Below are positions 34,620 through 48,700 of a DNA stretch of 64,000 bases, in pieces. The notes under the pieces were generated by a model, which searched no databases, had not been told where the DNA came from, and saw nothing but the letters and a program-made list of their open reading frames with translations. Positions within the stretch are counted from its first letter, which is position 1, and every line of letters starts with the position of its first letter. A program made the translations under genes and the position numbers. This DNA is from Phaeosaccion multiseriatum (taxonomy: Eukaryota; Protista; Ochrophyta, other classes), in contig OZ218961.1 in assembly GCA_965112735.1 (NCBI GenBank), positions 2,418,001 through 2,482,000 on the forward strand, given 5' to 3'.

Positions 34620-37600
34620 TTGGTGATACAGCCGCATTGGGACGAGGTGTGACAAGGTCATCGTGAAGCGCTGATAAGTGTGGTATAGTCTGGTACAGTC
34701 TGAGAGGAAGGGTTTGCAGAGAGTGGGGGCGTGCGTGCACGTTTAAACGGAAAACCTTCCCCCCCGCCACACACACACACACACACACACACGGGAGGCA
34801 TTCATTTTGAACAAGTACGTGAATTGTGTACTCTCTTTCGCCATTCTTTTCTGCTGACTGACTGACTGACCGACTGACGGACTGACCGACTGATCGACTG
34901 ACGGACTGACGGACTGACTGACTGACTTACCCCCAAGGTCGAGCTCTTTCCCGCACCGTTGATACCCAACAGCCCAAAGCATTCCTGCAAGGAAGGCCAC
35001 GCACAGAACAGAGCCACAAAGACAAGGTCAAGTTCAAGTTCAAGTTCAAGTTCAAGTTCAAGTTCGAAGCGCACAAGGGGGGTGGTGGGGTGTCGAGAAC
35101 GGAGGGGGGGGGGGGGCGGCGTCGGGAAAGGGAAAGGTGGAAGGAAGCGAGGGAGGGAAGGGGGCTCGGGAAAGGGGAAAGTGCCAATAGAGCCTCGACA
35201 AGGGAAAGGAAACCAAACAAACGAACAAGCAAGCAGCATCGCAGACGCAAAACAACAGACCATACTATACACTTTCATGCCATCTTCTATTTGTTCCTTC
35301 TCTTTTGTGTGTGTACCTGTGGCCGCACTCCGAAGCTCATGCCCCGGACAGCTTGCTTCACCCCTCCACAGGGTGAAACCGCTGAAACCGCTGCCACCAC
35401 TCGGCTCGGAGCTCCTCCTCCTCCTCCTCCGTCTGCTCCTCCTGCTGCTGGAAAGCCGACATCGGACCCCTGCCTTTCCGCGCTCGCGTCTCCTTCGCTC
35501 CGCTGCCTCGTCTCCCTTCCCCTCTCCACCCCTCCTTCTCCTCCTTCCCCCCCTCCCCCACCTGCTCTCGACGGGTACACCTTGCTCAAGCCCCTTACAA
35601 AGACAGGATAGGGAAAGCTTCCCTCCTCCTCCTGCCTGTATACCTGCCCCTGCCCATATGCCTGCCTCTGCCCATAGGACTGCCCCTTGTCCTTCATGTC
35701 TTGGGCAAAGGCCCTGAGGCGCTCTCTCTCTTCCCACACGTCTTCATCCTCCTGCTCCTCGTCTTCAGCATCCAAGTCGTCGCCATTTCCCACCCTGTGA
35801 TTGCCGTGATTGCTTGCGTCAAGGCCGGGGCTGCGGAAGCTACCGCCATAGCCTGCCAGCCTCAGCACCAACCGATCGATGATGCTGAAGGAAAGGAAGG
35901 GGCAAAGGACGGGAGGAGGGAGGGAGGGAGGCAGGGAGGGAAGGAGGGAGGGAGGGAGGGAGCGAGGGAGGGAAAGAGGGAGGAGGGAGGGAGGGAGGGA
36001 GGGAGGGAGGGAGGGAGGGAGAGAGGGAGGGAAAGAGGGAGGGAAAGAGGAAGGAGGGAGAGAGGGAGGGAGGGAGGGAGGGAGGGAGGGAGGGAGGGAG
36101 GGAGGGAGGGAGGGAGGGGAGAAGGGAGGAAGGGACACGCACGCACGTGAGGGCTTGAGTTTGCGTTCGCGAGAAGCTAGGTGGGCACCTCACCCATCTC
36201 GAGCAGAGGTAGACAGTCCATTGACTTAGACAGCTCTCCCCACACGCACACGTAAGCACACGTAAGCACACGTATGGTAGGTACTTCTCACAGTCTACGT
36301 ACACTTGAATCATTGACATGCACTACACCATGACTTACTGTGTACAACACAGGCCTGTTGGTCATCCTCTCACAGGGTACCATCCTTTCCACCCCACCCC
36401 ATCACGCACACGCGCCTAAGCCCCCCCCTCCCCCGCCCCATCCCCCCTTTCAAACTTGGTATGTGAAAGGAAGGACACAGCAACATTCCTTCCTTCCTTG
36501 CCTCCCTCCCTCTCCGTCCTCCCCTCCCCTTCCACCCTCCACTTTCTCCCTCCCGCCCTCCCTCCCTGCCTCCCTCCCTACCTGCCTGCCTCCCTCCCCT
36601 CCCCTCCCCTCCCCTCCCCTCCCTCTCCTCCCCGTCCACCCTCGACTCCCTCCCTCCCTACTCACGTGCGTAACGGTGTGACCATCTCGCCCATCACAAG
36701 CTCCAGCAGCAGCACGAGTGCCATGTACACGACTCCCTCCAGCACCATATACACCATACTCCTCCCGCATACATCCCAACTGAGGATGGATACGTCCATA
36801 TGGAACACCTTGCGCTCGTAGTATGAAGTGCTGTGGAGTGAGTGAGGAGCGTGTAGGGTGGAGGGTAGACCGTGGAGGGTGTAGGAGGAGGAGGAGGAGG
36901 AGGAGGAGGAGGAGGAGGGGGAGGAGGAGGAGTAGGAGGAGGAGTAGGAGGAGGAGTAGGAGGAGGAGGAGGAGGAGGAGGGGGAGGAGGAGCAGGTAAG
37001 CAACGCTTAGCTGCACGCTGCACGACACACGATAAGAATAAAAGGTATGAGTTGAGGTGAAAGGCGACAAACGTTGCATCTGTCCCTTCACCCCACTCTT
37101 CATCACCATCATCATCACCATCACCATCATCGTCATCACCATCATCATCATCGTATATAATATCATCTCCTTTATTGACTAATCATCATCATGGTCATCA
37201 TCCCCTTCATTGCCTTATCGTCATCTTCATGTGTTAGCATCATCCCCTTCATTGACTTATGGTCCTCTTGACTCACCTAAGATTGATGAGACCCTCCCCC
37301 AGCAGATAGGGAGGGAAGAGCCGGAACCAGGGCTGCAGGAGAGCAGCGAGCCGAGTGGTACGGGGCACGGCAGACAGGATGAAGTAGCTCAAGACAAACC
37401 CTACGCTGGTGAGGAGGTTGATGGCCATGATGGACATTTGAGCGGTGGAAGGGGAAGAGAAGAGGAAGGTGTAGAGGTAGCAGAGAGGTAGGCAGCCCCA
37501 GCCGTAGACGAGCAGGAGGAGCACGGTAGACCACGCAGAGTCCGCGTGCTAACGGGAGGAGGGGTTGCGGAAGAGGGGGAGGGAAAGGGGGTTAGCGGCA

Positions 37601-40600
37601 TCTCTTTTCGCTCGGGTGCAGCGTGAGACCTCACACACACGCCCACGCACACGCATACGCACACACGTACACACGTACACACGTACACACGCACACACAC
37701 ATATGCACACACGCACGCACACGAATACACACACGAATACACACACGCACACACCACACGCACACACACATTCACACGTACACCTACACGCACTCCTCGC
37801 TAACCCACACATTCACACGTACACCTACACGCACTCCTCGCTAACCCACACACTCACACGTACACCTACACGCACTCCTCGCTCACCTCTATAAAGACTC
37901 TACTCGTGTGTGTCCCATAAGCAACGAAGGCGAAGAAGATGGAGAAGGCGAGCCACAGGTACAGAAAGGCGTCCCACAGGAAGGTGCTGAGCCAGTATGC
38001 AGAGCGCGATGTGCCCGAGATCAGCTGAATGTGTTTGGCCTATTGGGGAGGGAGGGAGGGAGGGAGGGAGGGAGGGGGGGGGGGAGGGAGGAAGGAAGGA
38101 AGGAAAGGAGGGATGTAGGGAAGGAGGAAGAGAGGAAGATAGGAAGGAAGGGAGGGAGGGAGGGAGGAAGGAAGGAAGGAAGGAAGGAGGGAGGAGGAAG
38201 GGAGGGGTGGAGGGATGGAGGGAGGGAGGGAGGAGAGGGGACGTGGTACGAAATGTCGACGTATGGTAAGCACAGTATATAAGTGCTTCACGCAAAGGAG
38301 GAAGGAAGGAAGGAAGGAAGGAAGGTTCTTCCTTCCGAACAAAGGTGAATCGTCCGGAGAACTGATCCTTGCTAACCGCTGACTCAGGACCTATCAGTAC
38401 CACGGACCCTTCACCTCGACACCTCACACCCCACACAAACTGAAACTGATAACTCACCTTGACGGCTCTCTCCTTCACCACAAACACTACAAAAGCAGCG
38501 GGCGCGTAGGCCATAGGAATGAGGATGAAGAGCGAGGTGAGCACGGAGAGCACCGTCTGCGTCTCTATGGATTGCTGCTCCGTCATGGGGAGGGGGTGCG
38601 TGGAGTGTCTAAAGACGGCATCAGGCTGGTTCAGGCACTGGCGGTAAGCAGCCTTGGTGAGCTCCGAGGTCCAGACTGCGACTCCGTGGACGCTGGACGT
38701 GTTGTGCAGCACTGAGACAGACAGACAGACAGACAGAGAGAGAGGGACACACACACACACAAGAGGAGGCAGGGAGGAAGGGGGGAATCGTGAGAGGGGA
38801 CAGACATAAACAGAAGGGAGGGAGGGAGGGAGGGAGGGAGGGAGGGAGAAAACGGTGGGAGGGGGTGTGCTGACCAGTCCACGAACATGGGAATGAAAGG
38901 CAAGAGACACACTCACTCCTCCCAGACACTAACTCACTCCCTGACTCCTTCCGTCCCTCCCTTCTTTCTTCCTCCCTCCCCCGCTCGCTCACTCACTCAC
39001 TCACTCACCCACTCACCCACCCACTCACTCACGCTCACCCACTCACTCCCTCCCTCCCTCCCTCCCTCACTTACCCACTCACTCATTCCTTCCCTCCCTC
39101 ACTCACTCGCTCACTCACTCCCTCACCCACTCACTCACTCACTCGATCACTCACTCCCTCACCCACTGACTCACTCACTCACTCAACCACTCACACAGTC
39201 TCACTCACTCACCCACTCACTCACTAACGCACTCACCCACTCACCCACTCACCCACTCACTCACCCACCCGCCCACTCACTCACTCACTCACTCACCGGT
39301 ATCGTACTTGGCAGGCACGGGCAGCGTGAACTCCGAGTCGGCCCATTGCCCCCCCGGCAGGAGCTCGATGGCCTTGAGCAGCGGCACGTTCACCACATTC
39401 GCATCGAAGTCTCTTCTCAACACCTTGTCTCCCTCATGACCGCCGTCGGGTACAGTGGATATGGACACGTGGAGGTCGTGGAGCGAAGCGTGCACTGCGG
39501 TACAGTACACGAGGCGGGGGTCAGGACAGAGGACAGGGGATGGGTGTCAGGACAGAGGACATGGGATGGGTGTGTGGGTGTCAGGATAGAGGGTGGATGG
39601 GTGGGGGGTGGGTGTCAGGATAGAGGGTGGATGGGTGGGGGGTGGGTGTCAGGACAGAAGGGGGGGGGAGAGAAGACAGGCAGAACAGTTCGAGGCATAT
39701 GGGAGGGCGCACACCCACACGCACACACGCACGTACACACCATCAAACGGCTCGTCCCCCCCCAGGAGGTCCTGCATGGAAGTTTCGTAGTAAGTCACCG
39801 TGCTGAGTGAGAACTGAACCCGGTACCGCGCTGGAGGGTCGTCCGCAGCCCTCTCCGGCTCACCTAACAACGCCCCCAGCAGCTCCAGCACGACCTCTGC
39901 ACATGAAGGAGAGAAGGACACCACAGAAGGGTGGGGGGGAGGAGGGTGGCAAAGCAGCGCGACATGAGCCGCCATTCCTTCCCTTCTCTTCCTCCTTTCG
40001 AGCTCCTTCGTTCCTTCCCTCCCTCCTTCCCCCTCTCCACCCCTCCCTTCCTCCCTCCCTCCTTCCCCGCTCCCTCCCTCCCCTCGCCCCTTCCCTCCCT
40101 TCCCTCCCTCACTCACTCCCTTCTTTCCTTCCTCCCTCCCTCCCTCCCTCACCGCTTCCGGTCGTGTTGGCCGTTGCTTCATCCAGTACTTGCACCACCG
40201 CCGCCACCTCCACCTGCTCGAGCCCCAAACCCTCCAACCACCGCTCCACCTCCGTGGCGGAGAAGGATGCATTGCGCAGGGCCTCCGTCACATTCTCATT
40301 GGCTTGCAACACATCCTCTACCTCCCCCATGTACTCCTCCTCTGCCTCGAAGGTGGTCACGTTGTTATACCCGTCGAGGGCATCTGTAAGCTCCGTAAGT
40401 AGACTGGTCAGCCCTGCCGATTCGGCTGCCTCCTCCGCCGCTTCGCCCAACGTTGCTGCGCTGGTGAGGTCGAAAGGCGAGAAGAAATCGCTGCTGCCAA
40501 TAGTGCTGCTGCTGGATGACCAACTGGTTATGCCGTCGATGCCGAATGTTGTGAGATTCGCCAAGGAGGAGGGCATGGCTGGGAGGAGACGACCGCCTCC

Positions 40601-41359
40601 TTCTGGGTCCCATGTTGAGCTAGTTAAACTATTACCACTACCACTACCGCCAACACCACCAAAACCCCCAGTACTACCACCACCAAAAGGAATACCACCG
40701 ATACTACTAAACCCACCAAAACTGCTGCTGCTACCCCCTTCCTCCACGGCATCATTGAGCGTCGCCGCTGCCCCTCCCAAGGCCACCTCAAGGGCTTGAA
40801 GCAGCGTCTGTGGAGAAGCACTGTTACCACCACCACCACCACCACCACCACCACCGCCGCCGCCGCCGCCGTCGCCGCCGTCGCCGCCGCCGCCATCCAC
40901 GACCCCTGTGCCTGTGGTACTGATGACACCAGACTGTCCCAACGTCATATTCAGAGGCCCTATGCGGTCAAGAGACGCCCTCGACACCACCGGTAGAGTG
41001 GTGTTGATGGGCCCCACGCTCATCCAGGGCAACATGCCCATGCTGTGGAGTGTCACGGCCGTTACCACCCCGTCCTCCAACACGGGCTTAAGAGTGGTCA
41101 TGTCCACGGACACATTCAGGAGCACGGAGTCGCCGCCACCCAACACGTACCCTCCTGTGGGTGGGTAGGGTGTGTGGGTGTGGGTGAGCATGGTGGGTAG
41201 GCGGGTGTGGTGTGTGTGTGTGCGTGCGTGTGTGGGTGTGTGTGTGTGGGGAAGGGGGTGGTGGGTGAGACTGCGTGGGCGTCTGCGTGTGTGGGTGGTG
41301 GGAGGGTGATTGGGTGGGTGAGTGGGTGGCTGGGTGTGTGGGTAGGGTGTGTGTGTATG

Positions 41360-41393
<34 letters not shown>

Positions 41394-41394
41394 G

Positions 41395-41459
<65 letters not shown>

Positions 41460-42664
41460 CACATGTAACGCCTCTTGACTTACTACTCACCGTATCGCGG
41501 GGGACGATTGTGTTCATTGAACGTGTCAAGCATGTAGTCCTGCAGAGTGCCACCCGACGGCTCGACACTCCCGAGAAAGGTCGAGGCATCCTTCAGCTCC
41601 ACATGCCCGGGGTTCTTTGACTTGGGGCCCTCCCCTAGATAGCTGCTCAGCAGAGAGGAGGGTGGAGCTCCTGCTGCTGCTCCTCCTCCTCCTGCTCCTC
41701 CTCCTCCTCCTGCTCCTGCTCCTCCTCCTGCTCCTCCTGCTCCTCCTGCTCCTCCCACCACATCATCAAAGGCGGCTTCTGCTGCCGACGGGGTTGCGTG
41801 TGTGTTGACATAGAGCACCTGCGACGGTCCTGTGTACTGCGAAGCGTCTAAGGTCAGTCGAGGCCCCGCCAGACCGGGGTCGATGGTCAAGATAAGCAGC
41901 ACCAATGCTACAAGACCCGCCGGCAAGAAGAGCTGAAAAAAGAGACTCTTAAGGTCCCTGAGAGCGACAATCTGCCGCTTCATCAGCAACAAGCGGATCT
42001 GGGCGGCGAAGGTCACTACCCCCAGGGTGGGCTGTGCCTTTGCTGCCCATGTTGGTGATACAGCAGCCGCAGCCTCGCCCTCAGAAGGCGCCGCTACCGC
42101 CGCTGCTTGGGGCCGCCTGTGACTCCCTTCATCTTTCTCTTCCTGTATCACCAATTGCGCACTGCTCCTCTCCACGAGCTCAATGCCGCCCTCATCATTG
42201 GCGACTGCTGTATCACTAACTCGCGCACATACCTCCCCTTGTGTGCCTTCATCCTGCCCCCCTCCTGCCACCCTGTGGTAGCGCTGCTGCCGCTGCCGCC
42301 GCCGCCTGCCCAGTTTCAGTTTCAGATTCCCCGTCCCATCCCCAACTCCTTCGCCGCTCCCCTCCTCCTCCTCCTCCTCCTCCTCCTGCTGCTGCTGCTT
42401 CTGCTGCTGCTGTTGCTGCTTCCCCTTGTTGGTCCTCTGCTTTACTTCATTCTCCGCGGTGTCCAAGTGTAAGAACACCTCCTCCAGAGAAGTTACAGAT
42501 ATTCCGTAACCGCCAATGCCCAGGGCCTCCTTGCTCCCCTCTCCTCCCCCCTCTAGCTGCCGGAACAGCCCGGAGAAGGAGCCGCTGCTCGAGAGTGGCA
42601 GCCTGCAGAGAGAGATAGAGAGAAGGAAGGAGACAGGGAGGCGGTACGTCTGTCTGTCTGTCTC

Positions 42665-42751
<87 letters not shown>

Positions 42752-42794
42752 GTCTGTCTGTCCGTCCGTCTGTCTCTCTGTCTGTCTCTCTCTC

Positions 42795-42883
<89 letters not shown>

Positions 42884-44619
42884 CCGCCCGTCCATCTGTC
42901 TGTCCGTCTGTCTTGCAGTCTGTCTACCTCCCTCCCTCCTCTCCCCCAACGCACCCCCTCCTTCCTCTCTCCCTACTTACCTGAACGACACCTCCCCCCC
43001 AGCCTGACTCAGCAGCTGAGCGTCCTTGACTTGTGCCCTGACCCTCTCTCCTATGGCAGCGGCGTTGAAGAGGGCGGCGTTGGCTGCCATACATGTGAAG
43101 TTGTAGCCAAGACCGAAACGTTCTTTGAGGAAGAGTGAGCTGCTCAGTGTTGAGATAGGCGGGGGTGGGGGTGGGCAGGAGGAGAGGGTAGATATGAGAT
43201 AGATGAATTATATCTATATACTACACTTAGTATATATATATACATACATATATATGGACACAAAGAGGAGGGTAGAGGAGGGATGGGGCCGGGAAGGGGG
43301 GGGGGGTCAATCACTCACTCACTCCCTCACTCCCTCCCTCACTCACTCCCTTCCTCCCTCCCTCCCTCCCTCACTCCCTCCCTTCCTCCCTCCCTCCCTC
43401 CCTCCCTCCCTCCCTCCCTTCCTTCCTCCCTCCCTCCCTTCCTTCCTCCCTCCCTCTCACTCACCTCCCCGAGCACCGCATCCTCCCCTGACTCATGATG
43501 AAGATTCGATCGGAGAGTAAGTCCGCCTCATCCATGAAGTGTGTGGTGAGCAAGATGATCCGATTGGCCTTACTCCGAATCAACAAGTCCCACGTCGCTC
43601 TCCTGCTGTAGGGGTCCATGCCCGAGGTGGGCTCGTCAAGGACAATGAGCTTGGGGGTACCGCAAAAGGCAATGGCCACGGAAAGTTTGCGCTTCATACC
43701 CCCGGACAGGTGCTTGCTCAGCACGCCTTCCTTCTCCGTCAGGCCCACAGACTGCAGTTTGCGCTTGATGCTGCGATCCCGAGGGGGCATCACTCTCCTC
43801 CTTCCCATCACCCCCATTCCCCCGACTCTCTCGTCCTCCTCGCTGCTGTCGATGCCTCGGTCTCTGTCTTTCTCTCCCCCTGGCCTCATGCCCCCGCCAT
43901 CGTCTCGTTCCCCTCCCCCCTCCCCCTCTTCGTCGTTCTCCCCCTTAATATCGCTAAACAGCTCGAGGTGCTCTGATGAGAAGGACAGGGGAACGAAACA
44001 TATAGATGGCAGCAGCAGCAGCAGCAGCAGGAGGAGGAGGAGGAGGAGGAGGAGGAGGAGGAGGAGGAGGAGGAGGAGGAGAAGGAGGGAGGGGAGGGGG
44101 GGGGGGAGTGCGATTGAGCTTCGGCAAAGAACCCTCAACTAGTACGGCCTGGAGCCAATCGGTGCTTGCCTGTGGAATGCTTACGGAATGCTTGTGGAAT
44201 GCTCGTGGAATGCTTGTGGAATGCTTACGGAAAGCATGTGGAATGCATGTGAAACGCTTGTGGAATGTGTGTGAAATGCTTACGGAAGGTAAAGCGAGAA
44301 AGGACAGGGAAGAACAACGACAAGGAGAAGAAGAAAACATGATGGAAGGAACCCCCTTCCCCCCCCCCTTCGCCCTTCTTTCGCTCCCTCCCCTCCCTCC
44401 GACCCCTTGCCTATTTATCTATATACATACTCTCCATACCTCGCACTGTCAGGAGAGGAAACAGAACGTTGTGCTGCGGGCAGACCTGGAGGACGTTACA
44501 AACGACGGAACAATAAGGAGAGAAAGGAAAAGAGTCAAGCACATTTATCAGTTAGAACCGTCGAAGAACGGTCGTAGAATGGTCGAAGGACGGCCGTAGA
44601 ACGGTGCAGTCCAAGGGCC

Positions 44620-44657
<38 letters not shown>

Positions 44658-45654
44658 TGCAGACACTGTAGAGAGACCACACCATGTAGACGAAGATATG
44701 GTTCCCTCTCGCTAGCTCGCCCCCCCCCCCCCCCCCCCATCCCTTCTTCCTTCCTCCCTCCCGGCACTTACACACCCACGCATTCACTCACTCACGCACT
44801 CCCGCACTCACCCCGAGCTGCTGTCTGAGCTCCGCCATGTCTGAGCGTATGGACAGGTCTCCTCCTCCTCCTCCTCCTCCTCCTCCTCCTCCTCCTCCTC
44901 CTCCTCCTCCAGCCGCCGATAGGATAGCGTCCCCTGCCGAGGGTGTGATAAGGCCTGTAAGCATGCCGATGGTGGTGGTCTTACCACACCCGTTATGGCC
45001 GAGCAAGACGGATATCTGTCCACTGAGCAGCTCCAGGGAAAGGCCGTCAACGGCAACCTGCAGCATGTATACATAACATGTATGCGAAAGGGTGTCCGTA
45101 TGAGGAAGGAAGAAAGGAAGGGAGAGAGGGAGGGAGGGAGGGAGGGAGGGAGGGAGGGAAGGAGGGAGGGAGGGAGGGGGGGAGGGAGCTCCCTGCCCCC
45201 ACCACACAAGTGCGAACACACACATACAAAAAATCACAGAAACACACACACACATATGCATGCATACTTCTGTTTCTTTCGACGAAGTAAGAGAGAAGTG
45301 AAGAATAAGTGAAGGCTTCTCCATCCCTCCCCCCCCCCTGTGAAGCCAAAGCCACAAGTCGAGGAACCTCAACCTCAACCCCGATTAGCCTCGCCCCTCC
45401 TCACCTTGACTCCGTACTTCTTGCGTAGTCCGAGTAGCCTCACTCTTGGGCCCTCTCGGAGCTCTGGGGCGATGGGCTCAAAGTCCCCCGCTGATGCTTG
45501 CCCCTCCCTGCCATTCACTGCCATCTCCATCTCCTCCTCCTCCTCCTCGTCGTCGTCGTCGTCGTCGTCTTGCTCGGCAAGCCCCTCAGGGTCCTTGCCC
45601 AGCAGGGCGACCGAAGAGAAGGATCTTGAGTCGGATCTCCTCCTCCTCCTCCTC

Positions 45655-45720
<66 letters not shown>

Positions 45721-48700
45721 GTTCCCCTGCTCGCTTGCCTGCTCGGTGCCGCCCTAGTGTGCGAGCCCTCTCTCCCTCCTCCCGCTCTTCCTGATGTAGT
45801 GCCATTACTGCTGCTACTGCTGCTACTGCTGCTGCCGTTACTTATGGTGGTGGCGGTTGTGGTGGAGGTTGGACTGCCCATGTCGACCATCGCATCGGGT
45901 GCAGGAGCTCCTCCCCACTCACCTCCACCCCCCACCTCCCCCTCCCCACCCCCGCCACCCCCCGTTCGCACTTCTCCTCCCCTGCCGGAAGACAAACCGT
46001 GAGGGAGAGGTGCGAATCGCGGCCCAGCCAAGCCGCGTGGCTGGCGACTGTCGCCTCTCCATAAACAACCAACAAGCCAACGAAGACGACCCGGTAGGAA
46101 GAAGAGTGGAGGTAGGGGGGAGCCGTGCTGTCTAGGGAGAACCTTATCCAGGTACCAAGCCAACAGGCCGTATAGGACAGTGTCCAGAGCCATCATCTGC
46201 AGGCAGTGGAGCATGGTGAAGGCGCCTTCCTCTTGTCCGTCGCTAACGTTGGCCCAGCTGCACCCGATGCCTGTGGGTGTATACATATTTTATGTATGTG
46301 TATGTGTGTATGTGTGTATGTGTGTGTGTGTGTGTGTGTGTGGAGGGGGTGCAGCCAGTCAGTGAGTCAGTCAGTCAGTGAGTCAGTCAGTGAATCAGTC
46401 AGTGAGTCAGTCAGCCAGTCAGTCAGTGAATCAGTCCTTTGTGACAAATGAATTTACGCAGCATATGCCTACTTGCACACTCGAGTGTGACCTATACAGG
46501 CTGTCCTTCCCGTTATATAAGGTTATATATGTATGTACCAGAAAGGGCTTGCCGGCCCACCTACCTGCATATTCGTAGTCAGCGAGTACGTCAGCGCCGA
46601 AGGTGAATGCAGTTGGGGAGAGGAGGGATACCCATTTCTTGTTGTCGGAGTGCTCGAAGCGGTTGGTCTGGTAGAAGACATACCGTGGCAACACGAAGCT
46701 GAAGAGGGCCACGGGCCCCACGATGGCGCTCAGCTTGGCGTTGCTGAACAAGGTACTACAGAGGAGAGGAGGGAGCGAGCGAGGGAGGGAGAGAGGGAGG
46801 GAGGGAGGGAGGGAGGGAGGGAGGGAGGGAGGGAGGGAGTCAGTGAGTGAGTGAGTGAGTGAGCGATTGAGGGAGAGAGTGAAGTAGTGGGCAGCGCGCA
46901 CTTGAAAGCGACAGCATTGTGAAGCAACCAAGTCAAGTCAAATGCATCCCCAATCATTTACATAGTAACAAATGCATCATAACGTAAGTGCAATACCTTA
47001 CCTGAGAAGCAGCGCCAGATTCACCTCGCTCATGGCAAAGAGCGAAAAGTAGGCCAACAGCAGCGAGGGCTGCGAATGAGGCAAGAAGGAACTCGAACAC
47101 AGCCACGTGATACTTACGGAGATCCACAGAAACGCCATGCTACCTACGAGCCACCAAGAAAGGTCGTGTACCCAAGTCTTGAGACCCATAATCTTGAGCA
47201 TCTCTCGCTGACGGCACTCCTTCTCCTCCACAATGGCCTTGATAAGACGACTCAACGGGTACATGGTGGACATGGTGAGAGCCAAGCCGAGGAGGTAGCC
47301 CGAGGCCAGGTAGAAGAGGTTTTGGTGGTACGGGGCGGTGGGAAAGGGTTCTGTGAGCATGTTCGGGGGTCGGCAAGGCTGAGCAGAAGGGTCCAGGGTC
47401 GTCGTCGTCGTCGTCGTCGTCGTGCCGAAACCGTCATTATTATTTGCTGCTTGAAAAGAGGAGGCGGGGAGGGTGTATTCGAACATGAAGTCGTCGATGC
47501 CCTGTGAGTGGAGGGGATTGAGGAGGACAACCAACAGGCCAACAAAGGAGGGAAGGTGTGTTAGTGTGCGTGTGAGAATTCTCGAGGGATATGAATCAGA
47601 GAGAGGGAGGGGGAGAGCTAGGGAGAAGGGGGGGGGGGGGAGAGAGAGGGAGACAGAGGCAAGAATTCACGTCATTGTATGGTACAATTGTACAATGTAA
47701 CGGACGAGGAAATCAATCCATGCGTGTCCCGCCCTACCCCTCGGGCCGACTTCGGATCATGATTATTGCCTCCTGGATAATCCCTCCTGCTGCTGTATCA
47801 CCAACTGGTGCGGGTGAGCGAGGACGGTGGGGTTATCTTCTGACGTCCGTCTACAGTACGTACATGAACGAGGGAGAGGAAGCCGCTGAAGAAGTACTGC
47901 CGATAGCGATCGTCCATACCCAGAGACACGATGTCAACCACTGGGAGGGAGGGAGGGAGGGAGGGAGGGAGGGAGGGAGGGAGGGAGGACGGACGGAGGG
48001 AGAGAGGGAGAGGAAGGGAAGAGTGGGGGCGTGAGTGAGTGAGTCAGTGTATCAGTGAGTCGGTGAGGGAGTGAGTGAGTGAGTGAGTGAGTGAGGGAGT
48101 TAGTGAGCCAGTGGGTGAGTCAATGAGGGAGGGTTCCCTTGCTCCCTCCCTACCTACCTCCCTACCTTCGTTTGTGTTGGGCAGTACAGTGAAATTGAGT
48201 CTGAGGGTGTAATCCACGATGCCCTCCTCCACTTCATTGAGCACCACCACGGCCCAGGTGCGCTCGTCAAGATTGTCTGCGGTGGGAGGGGAGGGGGCAC
48301 GTTGGTTGGCGCGTTGGTTGTATAGTACAGAGAAAGGAGGGGGGGGGGGGGGCAGGAGAAAGAGGGAGGGAGAGAGGAAGAGAACGAGGGAGAGAGTGAG
48401 AGAGGGAGCGGAACGGAGAAAGGGAGAGGGAGAGAGGGAGAGAGCGAGAGCGAGAGCGAGGGAGAGAGAGCGGGATAGCGGGAGAGCGAGCAGGAGAGAA
48501 GGAGTCTGTCTTTCTCTCCATCTATATAGTACATACGCAAACACACACACATACACACACACATATATATTTATTATATGTGCGTGTGCGCATCACCAGT
48601 TTCTCTCCCTCCTCACCTAACACGAAGTCGACGGCATCTTCCTCTGTGGCGTGTGTAACGCTCTTGACGTACTGGAAGGCGGGGTTTCTGTCCTCCAGAT

